NCBI GenBank assembly: GCA_007695115.1
Contig: REEK01000116.1
Coordinates: 23,944-87,943, forward strand
Source of the DNA: Sphaerobacteraceae bacterium
Lineage (GTDB): Bacteria > Chloroflexota > Chloroflexia > Thermomicrobiales > Thermomicrobiaceae
Direction: 5' to 3'
DNA length: 64,000 nt
Positions 27,138 through 37,279 of this stretch are shown piece after piece. The position numbers were made by a program, and so were the translations under genes. Every line of letters begins with the position of its first letter. Positions within the stretch are counted from its first letter, which is position 1. Under the pieces are notes generated by a model that searched no databases, was not told the origin of the DNA, and saw only the letters and a program-made list of their open reading frames with translations.

Positions 27138-27222
27138 TGCCGAAGGTGAGATTCGAACTCACACGGGCGTAAAGCCCACTACGCCCTGAACGTAGCGCGT
27201 CTGCCTGTTCCGCCACTCCGGC
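27138..27222 (-). tRNA. tRNA-Leu (anticodon CAG), class II long variable arm, no encoded CCA
   Basis: Acceptor GCCGGAG/CTTCGGC, D arm GCGG-AACAGGCAG-ACGC, anticodon stem CTACG/CGTAG with loop TTCAGGG, 16-nt variable arm, T arm GTGAG-TTCGAAT-CTCAC. 85 nt. Confidence 0.93.
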
Positions 27223-27427
27223 AAATATCCAGTTCTCGCGGTTGCCGGACCGTAGCTCGACATCTCCGCGACAAAGAGTCTACCATTGACAGGTGAGGGC
27301 TGCAATACTTTCTACGCGCGTCTGAAGAGGTTGGCGAATCGAACCAGAAACACGCATGATTATGGGCGAGGGGCCGTGTGGTACCCTGTTCGTTTTCACG
27401 CAAGCTAATCGGAGAACGTGAGTATAG

Positions 27428-28078
27428 ATGTCAGCACGAATCCCGAAGAAAGACAAGGATACGGCGAAGGCTCCAAAGAACAAGATGTCCATCCTGACGA
27501 TCGCCTTCGCAATCGCCATGGCCTTCTTCCTGGTCATCGGTGCCGTAGCCGTTGGGATCACCGAGTTCGTCGGCGGTAGCGGCAACGATCAGCAGGAGAC
27601 GGCGGTCCAGGAGGACTTCAGTCAGGAGATGGAAGAACAGTCCGATAGCGAGGAGCAGGAGCTCCGGGATCGCATTGAAGATGATCCTGAGGATTATTCG
27701 GCACACTCCCAGCTGGCCGTTTTGCTGGGCAACACCGGCCGAGTCGATGAGGCCATCCCACATTATGAGCAGGCGTTGCAGGGCGATTCTGATGATCTGG
27801 CGCTTCGCCTGAGTTTTGCCCGAATGCTCGAGCAACGCGGGTATGACCTTGACGCGGAGGTTCAGCTCGAGCGAGTGCTCGAGGAGGACGAAGAAAACGT
27901 CGAAGCCGTTTTCATGCTGGCGGAGATCAAGGATCGCAGCACATCGGCCAGTAACGAGGAAGCTGAAGAACTCTACCAGCGGGTAATCGATCTCGATCCG
28001 GATTCGTTCTATGCTGAAATGGCCGAGAACCGGCTCGCTGAGCCCGGCGAATCCGACGACGCTGACGACACAGAGTAG
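27428..28078 (+). CDS. Membrane-anchored TPR-repeat protein
   Basis: 216 aa. N-terminal TM helix (ILTIAFAIAMAFFLVIGAVAVGI), an acidic stretch, then TPR-like repeats (AHSQLAVLLGNTGRVDEAIPHYEQAL...). Confidence 0.7.
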   Translation: MSARIPKKDKDTAKAPKNKMSILTIAFAIAMAFFLVIGAVAVGITEFVGGSGNDQQETAVQEDFSQEMEEQSDSEEQELRDRIEDDPEDYSAHSQLAVLLGNTGRVDEAIPHYEQALQGDSDDLALRLSFARMLEQRGYDLDAEVQLERVLEEDEENVEAVFMLAEIKDRSTSASNEEAEELYQRVIDLDPDSFYAEMAENRLAEPGESDDADDTE

Positions 28079-28083
28079 ACACA

Positions 28084-29361
28084 GTGGACGGTTACCGGTT
28101 TATCCACCTGATCCACCGGTACTACCCGTTTCGTGGAGGCTCTGAACAGTATTTCCAAGCACTGTCGGAACGCTTCGCTCGAGATGGTGCCGACGTTCGG
28201 GTGGTGACCACTGACGCCTGGGATCTCGAGTATCTCTGGGACCCAGGCCGGCACCGGGTTGACGTTCCATTCCAGCGCCATAATGGCGTTCGCATCTACC
28301 GGACTCCGGCACATCACCTCCCTGCTGCAAACTTCAGCCACCGCGTTATTCGCCGGGGCATGGGCGAATTGTCCCGGGTGGCCTTCCCCGGGCAGCTGCG
28401 ATTGCTCCGGGAGTTCTCCCGGTTCGGTCCCTGGGTTCCGGAACTTCCGGCGCTTCTTGAGCGGATTGGTGAGGGCGCCGATCTGATCCATCCGGCGAAC
28501 ATCGCCCTGGAAGGTCTCATCCGGGAGTCACTGGCGTTTGCCCGGAAACGAGATATTCCCACGATCATCACGCCAAAACTTCATCTCGGCGAGTCTTCGT
28601 CGTCGGCCGTCAGACGCTACTACACAATGCCTCACCAGCTGGAGCTCCTTCGTCAGGCAGACCAGGTGATGACGCAGACTTCGATCGAGGCTGATTTTCT
28701 GATCGAGAACGGCGTCGATGAGGCGAAACTTCGTGTAGTGGGGCTCGGAATCGATGTAGCCGCGGTGATCGGGGGAGACGATCAACGGGTGCGCTCGTCA
28801 CTGGGAATCGACGGACCGATGGTCCTGGCGCTCGGGGCCGCTGCGTTCGACAAGGGAACCCTGCATGCCTGTAAAGCGATTATTGATCTCAATCGGCGAC
28901 GGTCCGAGCCGATATCATTGGTAGTTGCCGGGCCGATCATGAGCAATTTCCAGTCGTTCATTGATAGATGCGACCCTGAAGATCTCGAACACGTCCACGT
29001 TCTGGGATACGTTGACGACGAGACCCGGACCGACTTGCTGGCCGCCTGCGACCTTCTCACGCTAGCATCACGTACTGAGGCGTTCGGCTATGTATTTCTG
29101 GAGGCCTGGGCGAACGGCAAACCGGTAATTGGCGCGAACGCAGGCGGAATTCCGGCCGTTGTCGACGACGGCGAAGATGGGCTGCTGGTGCCGTTCGGAG
29201 ATGTTGCCCGTCTTGGTGACGCGATCGCAAAATTGATCGACGATCCGGAGCTGTCGACGAGGCTCGGCACGAGTGGTCAGAGCAACAAGGTTGTAGACAC
29301 CGAAGACTGGTTCGCGGTGGTTCGAGACAACTATCTGGACGTGCTGGGCGCGCGGACCTGA
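28084..29361 (+). CDS. Family 4 glycosyltransferase (GT-B, Glycos_transf_1)
   Basis: 425 aa. C-terminal EX7E-type block EAFGYVFLEAWANGKPVI...GGIPAVV. GTG start 5 nt after the TPR-gene stop. Confidence 0.88.
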   Translation: MDGYRFIHLIHRYYPFRGGSEQYFQALSERFARDGADVRVVTTDAWDLEYLWDPGRHRVDVPFQRHNGVRIYRTPAHHLPAANFSHRVIRRGMGELSRVAFPGQLRLLREFSRFGPWVPELPALLERIGEGADLIHPANIALEGLIRESLAFARKRDIPTIITPKLHLGESSSSAVRRYYTMPHQLELLRQADQVMTQTSIEADFLIENGVDEAKLRVVGLGIDVAAVIGGDDQRVRSSLGIDGPMVLALGAAAFDKGTLHACKAIIDLNRRRSEPISLVVAGPIMSNFQSFIDRCDPEDLEHVHVLGYVDDETRTDLLAACDLLTLASRTEAFGYVFLEAWANGKPVIGANAGGIPAVVDDGEDGLLVPFGDVARLGDAIAKLIDDPELSTRLGTSGQSNKVVDTEDWFAVVRDNYLDVLGART

Positions 29362-29375
29362 GGAGGAAGCTATCC

Positions 29376-29771
29376 ATGGAACATCGTGGAAACGGCTCAG
29401 AGCCAACCCGAGAGATCGAGCAAGTGCTCAGTGAGTTGCGGGCCGCTGTTCGGCAGGAGGCCGGGTATCTGACCGAGAACGAGATTCCAACCGGTCCGCA
29501 GCTGACCTCGGTTCGAGATGCCGCCGATCTCGCATCGGTATCTGCGCACCTGCCGCTGCAATCCGCACTGCCGTATGTGGGACCGGTGATCGTGCTGGCT
29601 CAGCGGGTGATGCGACTCGGCCTTCGCTGGTACATCAACCCGATTGTGGAGCAACAGAACGCGTTCAATGATTCGGTCGTTCGGGCACTGGGTGAACTCG
29701 AACTGAAGCAGTCGGAGCTCAACCGTCGACTTGACAAGCTGTCGGTGGAGACCGACGAGGAATCGAAATGA
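29376..29771 (+). CDS. Hypothetical 131-aa protein (coiled-coil C-terminus) embedded in the GT4 string
   Basis: Strong RBS (GGAGGAAGCTATCC-ATG). The stop overlaps the next start (ATGA). No family recognised with confidence. Confidence 0.6.
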   Translation: MEHRGNGSEPTREIEQVLSELRAAVRQEAGYLTENEIPTGPQLTSVRDAADLASVSAHLPLQSALPYVGPVIVLAQRVMRLGLRWYINPIVEQQNAFNDSVVRALGELELKQSELNRRLDKLSVETDEESK

Positions 29772-30811
29772 GAATTGCGATCTGTGCAGCACAGGTCCCA
29801 TTTGCCCGTGGTGGTGCAGAGGCGCACGTTGAAGGTCTCCGACAGGCTCTCGTGGAAGCAGGTCATGATGTCGAGATCATTGCTTTGCCGTTCAAATGGT
29901 ATCCGCCGGAGAGTCTGCTGAAGAGTGCGCTTGCCTGGCGGGTGATCGACATAACTGAAGTCGATGGCAAGCCGATCGACCTCGCGATCTGTACCAAATT
30001 TCCGACGTGGGCGGTTCGTCACCCGAACAAGATCGCCTGGATTATCCATCAATACCGGCAAGCTTATGACTGGTTCGGCACCCCGTGGAGTGATCTGACC
30101 AACACACCGGATGATCTCGCGCTGAGGCGCCGAATCCAGCAGATCGATGCCCGTGGGCTGGGGGAGTGCCGGGCCCTGTTTGCCAACTCCGCCAACACCG
30201 CCCGACGCCTCGAACACTTCAACGGCCTAGTCGCCGAACCGCTACATGTGCCGATTCAGCTGGCTGGTCTCTCGCCAGTGGCGCGTCAGCCGTTCCTGTT
30301 CACCGTTTCCAGGCTGGATGCGACAAAGCGGATCGACTTGCTGCTGCGTTCTCTCGCACAGCTTCACACGCCGGTCCGGACGGTCATCGCCGGCGATGGT
30401 CCGCAGCGGGACGAGCTTCATGCGCTAGCTACGGAGCTAGGCCTGACTGACCAGGTCACGTTTACTGGCCGCATACCCGATGACGACGTTGTTGATTACT
30501 ACAATTGCTGCCAGGCAGTCTATTATGGCCCGATCGATGAGGATTTCGGCCTGGTGACCGTGGAAGCATTCACCGCGGGTAAGCCGGTGGTGACGGTGGC
30601 CGACTCCGGGGGTGTGCTGGAACTGGTGAGCCACGGCGAAACCGGACTGATCGCCGATGGGCCAAACCCGGATGACATCGCCCCGCTGATCGAGGAAGTG
30701 ATGGCGAATGCCGACCGGGCCGAAGCGATGGGACTGGCCGGCAAGGCGCGAGCGGATCAGATCACCTGGAGCGGAGTGGTGGACAAGTTGCTGGGATCGC
30801 TCGATGGCTAG
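29768..30811 (+). CDS. Family 4 glycosyltransferase
   Basis: 347 aa. RIAICAAQVPFARGGAEAHV N-terminus and an EDFGLVTVEAFTAGKPVV block. Confidence 0.88.
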   Translation: MRIAICAAQVPFARGGAEAHVEGLRQALVEAGHDVEIIALPFKWYPPESLLKSALAWRVIDITEVDGKPIDLAICTKFPTWAVRHPNKIAWIIHQYRQAYDWFGTPWSDLTNTPDDLALRRRIQQIDARGLGECRALFANSANTARRLEHFNGLVAEPLHVPIQLAGLSPVARQPFLFTVSRLDATKRIDLLLRSLAQLHTPVRTVIAGDGPQRDELHALATELGLTDQVTFTGRIPDDDVVDYYNCCQAVYYGPIDEDFGLVTVEAFTAGKPVVTVADSGGVLELVSHGETGLIADGPNPDDIAPLIEEVMANADRAEAMGLAGKARADQITWSGVVDKLLGSLDG

Positions 30812-32201
30812 CACTCGCGTTGCCTGGTTCACTCCACTTCAGCCGGTTGAGTCCGGGATCTCTCTCTACAACGAGGAGCTGATTCCGCTATTCGACAATC
30901 GGCTCGAGGTCGATGTCGTGGTCGATGGCTACGCCCCGACCGTGTTTCGGTCCACGTCAAAAACCCGTGTCATCGACCAGTCGCGATTCACGCCCGAGAC
31001 CTATGACCTGATCATCTACCAGATTGGTAACAACCCGTCTCACGTCTACATGTTGCCATGGATGGAGCGGGCTCCGGGTCTGATGGTGCTCCACGATACG
31101 ATGCTGAATCATCTGCAGATACAGGCAGCGGTTGCCAGTGGGACGTTGCTCGAGTATCGGGATGAGATGGAGCGTCGCTACGGGCCTGAAGGGCTAGCAG
31201 CAGCAGATCGAGTGCTGCGTGGGCAGGCCCCGGATGAGCTCTTCCGCTTTCCGATGAGTGAGCATCTGATAGAACGCAGCAAAGCGACGATCGTCCATAG
31301 TGCCTTCGCCAGATCGGAAGTTCTGAAACGGGTCCCTCATGCGTCCGTATTTCAGGTTCCGCATGGATTGAGGCTTCCGGAGGCGCTGGATCCTGCCGAT
31401 GCGCGGCGAGCGCTCGGGTTGCCCGAAGATCAGTTTCTGATCGGATCGGTTTCCCACATCAATCCGCACAAACGGATCGATGTCATTCTCCGGGCATTCA
31501 AGCAGCTGCGCCGCACAGTCCCGGCACGATTAGTTCTTGCGGGGAGCATCTCTCCAGGTTTTCCTTTGCGCCGGATGATCAGTCATCTTGGGCTGGATCA
31601 GGTGGTTGACGTTCCGGGCTATGTTTCCGACGAAGAAGCTCGACTGATCACCGCTGCCAGCGATGTCATCGTCAATCTCCGCTATCCGACAGCCGGCGAA
31701 ACTTCTGGGAGCCTGCTACATGCGATGGCAGCCGGACGTCCCGTGCTAGTGAGTCGAACCGGTTCATTCACCGAGATCCCGGCGGACGCGGCGATCGAGA
31801 TACCTGTCGACGCGCTGGAAGAGTCGATGCTCGTTCGGGTGCTCACTCGATTGGCTGATGACGAGGATCTGCGCCGAGACATCGGAGACAATGCTCGAGC
31901 TTTCGTGGCGACTGGGCACTCACTCTCCCGCTGGACCAATGGCTATCTCGATGCGATAGCTGAGCTCACCGGCCGGCACATTCCTCATGTTCAGGTCGAT
32001 GAGTCCGTTGAGTCCATCGATATCGCAAGTCGGTTTGCCCGGAGGGACCCGGATCCACTGACCAGTTCGGTCGCTCGTGATGTCGCCGAGCTCGGACTCG
32101 GTGGTGACGAGATTCTGCTTGGCGAGATTGCGAGCGCCAAGGTCGATTTGGGGCTGACGGCTGGTAAGATATTTGTCGATCACGAAACCCGTTCGCACTG
32201 A
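30804..32201 (+). CDS. Family 4 glycosyltransferase
   Basis: 465 aa from ATG 30804 (ATGGCTAG overlap with the previous stop). N-terminus MASTRVAWFTPL. Block GETSGSLLHAMAAGRPVLV. The longer ORF start at 30708 was rejected. Confidence 0.85.
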   Translation: MASTRVAWFTPLQPVESGISLYNEELIPLFDNRLEVDVVVDGYAPTVFRSTSKTRVIDQSRFTPETYDLIIYQIGNNPSHVYMLPWMERAPGLMVLHDTMLNHLQIQAAVASGTLLEYRDEMERRYGPEGLAAADRVLRGQAPDELFRFPMSEHLIERSKATIVHSAFARSEVLKRVPHASVFQVPHGLRLPEALDPADARRALGLPEDQFLIGSVSHINPHKRIDVILRAFKQLRRTVPARLVLAGSISPGFPLRRMISHLGLDQVVDVPGYVSDEEARLITAASDVIVNLRYPTAGETSGSLLHAMAAGRPVLVSRTGSFTEIPADAAIEIPVDALEESMLVRVLTRLADDEDLRRDIGDNARAFVATGHSLSRWTNGYLDAIAELTGRHIPHVQVDESVESIDIASRFARRDPDPLTSSVARDVAELGLGGDEILLGEIASAKVDLGLTAGKIFVDHETRSH

Positions 32202-32214
32202 GCAGGAGGTGACG

Positions 32215-32412
32215 ATGTCTGAAGCCAATCCACCGATAAGCAGGGAGTTACTGGAGATTCTGGCTTGCCCAGCCTGCAAGACATCGGTAAAGCTGGACGG
32301 CGACCGACTGGTCTGTGACAGCTGTGGGCGAAGGTACCGTATTGAGAACGGGATACCGATCATGTTGATCGATGAGGCAGAACAACCCGGATCTGTACCG
32401 TCCGATAGCTAG
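32215..32412 (+). CDS. Trm112/UPF0434-family small zinc-ribbon protein
   Basis: 65 aa from ATG 32215 (AGGAGG RBS). LEILACPACK...LVCDSCGRRYRIENGIPIML is the family signature. Confidence 0.85.
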   Translation: MSEANPPISRELLEILACPACKTSVKLDGDRLVCDSCGRRYRIENGIPIMLIDEAEQPGSVPSDS

Positions 32413-32436
32413 GCACTTCCTCTGGAGCAATCACTG

Positions 32437-33507
32437 ATGAGTGAGGACGAACAGTCTGGCCGAATGGTCTCTGGCAAACGTCAGGATGAGGACTCGTCGG
32501 TCGAGTTGAATCTTCGACCGCGACGCCTTTCCGAGTACATCGGCCAGTCCAAGGTAAAAGAAGGCTTATCGATTGGTATCCAGGCGGCGCAAGCCCGTCA
32601 GGAACCGCTTGATCACGTTCTGCTGTACGGTCCCCCAGGGCTCGGCAAGACGACGCTTGCATCGATCATAGCGGTCGAAATGGGGGTCAGTCTTCGGATT
32701 ACCTCAGGGCCTGCTATCGAGCGACAGGGCGATCTGGTGTCGATTCTGACGAATCTGAAGGCCGGCGACGTTCTGTTCATTGACGAGATTCATCGACTCA
32801 ATCGGACAGTAGAAGAGGTCCTTTATCCAGCGATGGAGGATTTTGCGGTCGATATCGTGCTCGGTAAAGGGCCGTCTGCTCGATCGATGCGGTTGAACCT
32901 GCCGCGATTCACTCTTGTCGGAGCGACGACCAGACTGGCACTGCTTACCTCACCATTGCGCGATCGATTCGGCTCGATTCATCGGCTCGATTTCTACGAT
33001 CAGGCCTCGATGGAGAAGATCGTCACCCGATCCGCTCAGATCTTCGAGATCCCGATCGATCCCGAGGGTGTCCGAGAGATCAGTTCGCGATCCCGTGGCA
33101 CACCGCGAGTTGCCAATCGTGTGTTCAAACGAGTGCGGGACTATGCAGAGGTCCGTGCTGACGGTCAGATTACTCAGGATGTAGCGAAACAGGCGCTGGA
33201 TCAACTGGAAGTCGACTCACTGGGGCTGGACGACATCGACCGCCGGATCCTCAAAGCGATCATCGAAATGTTCGATGGTGGACCGGTGGGCGTGGACACA
33301 CTGGCGGCAGCAACCAGTGAAGAGAAAGACACGATCATGGACGTCTACGAGCCATATCTCATTCAACTCGGCTTTCTTCAGCGAACGCCACGTGGCCGAA
33401 TTGCGACACGACGGGGCTATGAGCATGTTGGTATTACCCCATCGGCCACTGCGCCAATTAACCAGCAGCAGCAATCGCTCTTCCAGGAAGAGGACTCCTC
33501 TCGGTGA
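32437..33507 (+). CDS. ruvB: Holliday junction branch-migration helicase RuvB
   Basis: 356 aa. [12 protein letters not shown], Walker [18 protein letters not shown]. Confidence 0.97.
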   Translation: MSEDEQSGRMVSGKRQDEDSSVELNLRPRRLSEYIGQSKVKEGLSIGIQAAQARQEPLDHVLLYGPPGLGKTTLASIIAVEMGVSLRITSGPAIERQGDLVSILTNLKAGDVLFIDEIHRLNRTVEEVLYPAMEDFAVDIVLGKGPSARSMRLNLPRFTLVGATTRLALLTSPLRDRFGSIHRLDFYDQASMEKIVTRSAQIFEIPIDPEGVREISSRSRGTPRVANRVFKRVRDYAEVRADGQITQDVAKQALDQLEVDSLGLDDIDRRILKAIIEMFDGGPVGVDTLAAATSEEKDTIMDVYEPYLIQLGFLQRTPRGRIATRRGYEHVGITPSATAPINQQQQSLFQEEDSSR

Positions 33508-34565
33508 ACCCTGCTGATCGAAATCAATCGCCCGAGCTTCCAATTTCGCTGTTCGACTATGAACTGCCGGAAGAGCTGATCGCGCAGGAGCCGCTGGCTG
33601 ATCGAGCGGCGTCGCGCTTGCTGGTTCTCGATCGTGCAACCGGTGACTGCTTCCACACGCATTTTGCGGACATTGACCAGTGGCTACGGCCCGGCGACCT
33701 GCTGGTAGTCAACGACACACGAGTCTTTCCCGCACGCCTTATGGCCCAGCGTGAGACCGGTGGACGAATCGAACTGTTGCTGGTGCAGGATCTGGGAGAC
33801 GATATATGGCTGGCGATGGCCCGGCCATCGCGGCGATTGAAGCCCGGGGAGAAGCTGAGCATACTTCACTCGGATGAATCCCGGGCCGGATATTTGGCAA
33901 CCGTGGCCGACAAGCAGGACGATGGGATGATCCGGATCGAGCTGCCGGATGCGATCGAGGTCCTGAACACCGCTGGCCAGGTTCCGTTGCCCGGGTATAT
34001 TCATCGACCGCTAGAACAGGTCGATCGGTATCAGACCGTGTATGCACGCGAAACCGGCTCCGTTGCGGCGCCGACAGCTGGTCTTCATTTCACCGACGCC
34101 AAGATGGACCAGCTCCGCTCGATGGGGGTAGAGATCGCCTCGGTGACGCTGCATGTCGGTCCCGGGACGTTTCAGCCGGTGAAGGTCGAGGATGCCCGGA
34201 AACACACAATGCACGCCGAGCGCTTTCTGGTTGAGGAACCTGCTCTGGAGTCGCTGCGTCGGGCCCGGGACGAAGGACGGCGGATCATTGCTGTAGGAAC
34301 CACTAGCTGCCGAACGCTCGAGGCGATTTCCGATCAGCTCGATCAACCTGGACCGCTGAGCGGTGCCACCGCACTGTACATAACGCCCGGGTTCGATTTT
34401 AAACTGGTGGATGGGCTGATCACCAATTTCCACTTGCCGAAATCGACCCTGTTGTTGCTGGTCAGTGCCCTGGCGGGGAGGGAACCAGTCTTGCGAGCGT
34501 ACCGAGAAGCGATTGCACGTCGATACCGCTTCTTCAGTTTTGGCGATGCGATGCTGATTCTGTAA
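33504..34565 (+). CDS. queA: S-adenosylmethionine:tRNA ribosyltransferase-isomerase
   Basis: 353 aa. [23 protein letters not shown] and [11 protein letters not shown] blocks. GTGA overlap with the ruvB stop. Confidence 0.96.
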   Translation: MNPADRNQSPELPISLFDYELPEELIAQEPLADRAASRLLVLDRATGDCFHTHFADIDQWLRPGDLLVVNDTRVFPARLMAQRETGGRIELLLVQDLGDDIWLAMARPSRRLKPGEKLSILHSDESRAGYLATVADKQDDGMIRIELPDAIEVLNTAGQVPLPGYIHRPLEQVDRYQTVYARETGSVAAPTAGLHFTDAKMDQLRSMGVEIASVTLHVGPGTFQPVKVEDARKHTMHAERFLVEEPALESLRRARDEGRRIIAVGTTSCRTLEAISDQLDQPGPLSGATALYITPGFDFKLVDGLITNFHLPKSTLLLLVSALAGREPVLRAYREAIARRYRFFSFGDAMLIL

Positions 34566-34811
34566 CAGGAGTCAATCAATAGCTCCTAAAGGTGTTTCAA
34601 TCGCGTCAACGAATGCGTTACTTCGCCGGCATTGATGTTAGTCTAGGTAGCAGAGAGACGGAGTGTGCAGTTAGAGTTTGAGCAACGATGCTCACTCGCA
34701 AGACGATTGGTCGTCTGACGAGCTGCCACGAGGATGTTCATGGCTCGCAACGGTGCGAACGAATCGAACACATCAGAGCGACTGGACCCAGAGTGGTATC
34801 AGGAGGAACAT

Positions 34812-36413
34812 ATGACCACGTCGGAGCGTCAGAAGACAGACAGTCCACTATCTGTTCACGGAATAGATAACCCAGGGAAGATCCACTGGACCCTTAACGC
34901 TGCGCACTTGTACGAACACAGTGTTGCGCGCGACGAGGCGATCATCGCTGAGAACGGCCCGCTGGTTGTTTCGACCGGCAAATATACTGGTCGGTCACCA
35001 AAGGACAAGTACATCGTCGACGAGCCGTCGTCGCGGGAACATATCTGGTGGGATGGAAACGCTTCGATGACCCCGGAGCAGTTCGATGAACTGCACAAGC
35101 TGGTGACGGCCCATGCCAACGGCAAGGAACTGTATGTACAGGATTGCCTGGTAGGTGCTGATCCACGGTACCAGCTCAAGGTTCGTATTATCACCGAAAA
35201 AGCCTGGCACAACTTGTTCGTTCGGAATATGTTCATCCGGCTAGCGCCCGGTAGCAGGCACGAAACGGTGCCGGACTTCACGGTTATCGACCTGCCATCG
35301 TGCAAAGTAGATCCGGAGAAGATGGGCCTTCGCACCGATACCTTTATTGCACTCAGTTTCGAGAAGAAGCTGGTACTCATCGGCGGCACCGAATACGGCG
35401 GCGAGATGAAGAAATCAATCTTCTCGGTGATGCACTATGAACTGCCGTTGCAGAATGTTTTCTCGATGCACTGCTCAGCGAATATCGGCGAAGAGGGCGA
35501 TACAGCACTCTTCTTCGGCCTCTCCGGTACCGGAAAAACGACGCTATCCACCGATCCGAAGCGCCAGCTTATTGGCGATGACGAACATGGCTGGAGCGAC
35601 CGCGGCATCTTCAACTTCGAAGGTGGTTGCTACGCCAAGATGATCAATCTCTCGGAAGAGTCCGAGCCTGAGATCTACCAGACCACGCAGATGTTCGGGA
35701 CGGTTCTCGAGAATGTCGTGGTCGATCCGGTATCCCGCGAGATCGATTTTGACGACAGTTCGCGGACCGAGAACACGCGCGGTGCCTATCCACTTGAGTC
35801 GTTGCCGAATGTGGCAGACGAGGGTATCGGTGATCATCCAACCGCGGTGATCTTCCTTACCGCTGATGCGTTCGGGGTTCTGCCTCCAATTTCGATTCTC
35901 TCGCCAGAACAGGCGATGTATCACTTTCTGTCCGGCTACACGGCCAAAGTCGCTGGAACCGAGATCGGTCTGACTGAGCCACAGGCAACCTTCAGTACCT
36001 GTTTCGGTGCGCCGTTCCTGACCCATCGACCAACGGTTTATGCCAATCTGTTGCGAGATCGCCTGAAGTCGCATGGATCCCGCGTCTACCTGGTCAATAC
36101 CGGGTGGATTGGTGGACCGGCCGGTGAGAGCGATCGGGTGCCGATCAAGTTCACACGCTCGATGATCGACGCAGCGCTCAGCAAGGAGCTGCGCGAGGTT
36201 TCCACCACCACCGATCCCGTTTTCGGATTCGAGGTGCCGGACAATTGCCCGGGCGTTCCCGATGACGTGCTTAAACCTCGTGACGCCTGGGAAGATCCAG
36301 AGGCCTATGATCGTCAGGCCCGGAAGCTGGCAGAGATGTTCCGGGAGAACTTCAAGAAGTTCGCGAAACTGACGGACGAAGATCTCGAGCGTTACGGGCC
36401 GACAATCGACTGA
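34812..36413 (+). CDS. pckA: Phosphoenolpyruvate carboxykinase (ATP)
   Basis: 533 aa from ATG 34812 (AGGAGG RBS at 34801-34806). Kinase-1a motif GLSGTGKTTLS. The longer ORF start at 34734 was rejected. Confidence 0.95.
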   Translation: MTTSERQKTDSPLSVHGIDNPGKIHWTLNAAHLYEHSVARDEAIIAENGPLVVSTGKYTGRSPKDKYIVDEPSSREHIWWDGNASMTPEQFDELHKLVTAHANGKELYVQDCLVGADPRYQLKVRIITEKAWHNLFVRNMFIRLAPGSRHETVPDFTVIDLPSCKVDPEKMGLRTDTFIALSFEKKLVLIGGTEYGGEMKKSIFSVMHYELPLQNVFSMHCSANIGEEGDTALFFGLSGTGKTTLSTDPKRQLIGDDEHGWSDRGIFNFEGGCYAKMINLSEESEPEIYQTTQMFGTVLENVVVDPVSREIDFDDSSRTENTRGAYPLESLPNVADEGIGDHPTAVIFLTADAFGVLPPISILSPEQAMYHFLSGYTAKVAGTEIGLTEPQATFSTCFGAPFLTHRPTVYANLLRDRLKSHGSRVYLVNTGWIGGPAGESDRVPIKFTRSMIDAALSKELREVSTTTDPVFGFEVPDNCPGVPDDVLKPRDAWEDPEAYDRQARKLAEMFRENFKKFAKLTDEDLERYGPTID

Positions 36414-36467
36414 TCCGAGCGTGTATGATTCCTGACGGTCGCGAGGCCGTGACACTGAAAGGAATCG

Positions 36468-37259
36468 TTGGTGATCAACGCTCGGTCGAATTCTGGAATC
36501 GTTCTGTGGCTCGTCGTCTCACTCTCATTCATTGTGGTTCTTGCTGCATGTGGGGGTGACGACGAGGCCACAGATTCTGTTGTGTCTGACGACACGGATG
36601 TTGAACAGGTTGAGACTGCGGAGCCGCAGTCCGACGATGCTTCCGAGGGTGAATCCGAGCCCGTTGAGGAGCCAGCCGATACCGATATTGAATCCGAACC
36701 AGAAGAAGGAGAAGAGGAAGCTTTGCAGCAACCGTCAATGCAGTGGGACAATCCGCCGGAGATGCAGCTCGCTGAGGGAACCGACTATCAGGCGGTCCTG
36801 ACCACGAATCGTGGCGAAATTGTCGTCAACCTGTTACAGGATGACGCTCCACTAGCGGTCAACAACTTCGTATTTCTGGCTGAGCAGGGGTTCTACACCG
36901 ATGTTCCCTTTCATCGTGTGATCAACGGCTTCATGATTCAGACCGGTGATCCCACCGGGACTGGCGCCGGTGGTCCCGGATATCGGTTTGAGGACGAACC
37001 GGTAACCCGCGAGTACACGCAGGGAACCGTTGCTATGGCCAACGCAGGGCCGAACACGAATGGCTCGCAGTTCTTCATCGTTCACGGTGACCTTCGCGGC
37101 CAACTTCCGCCAAACTACACCATTTTTGGCGAGGTGACCGAAGGCATGGAAGTGGTAGATGAGATCGCCAACGTGCAGGTTCAGCCGAGCCGCACTGGCG
37201 AGATGTCCAGCCCGACCGAAGAAGTCAAGATCGAGTCCGTGGCTATTCGCAACGGATAG
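36468..37259 (+). CDS. Cyclophilin-type peptidyl-prolyl isomerase, secreted lipoprotein with an acidic linker
   Basis: 263 aa. Signal peptide + lipobox VLAAC, a ~60-aa D/E-rich linker, then the cyclophilin core FHRVINGFMIQTGDPTGTGAGGPGY...GSQFFI. Confidence 0.92.
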   Translation: MVINARSNSGIVLWLVVSLSFIVVLAACGGDDEATDSVVSDDTDVEQVETAEPQSDDASEGESEPVEEPADTDIESEPEEGEEEALQQPSMQWDNPPEMQLAEGTDYQAVLTTNRGEIVVNLLQDDAPLAVNNFVFLAEQGFYTDVPFHRVINGFMIQTGDPTGTGAGGPGYRFEDEPVTREYTQGTVAMANAGPNTNGSQFFIVHGDLRGQLPPNYTIFGEVTEGMEVVDEIANVQVQPSRTGEMSSPTEEVKIESVAIRNG

Positions 37260-37279
37260 TTGATCGAGGTAGTCCGCGG

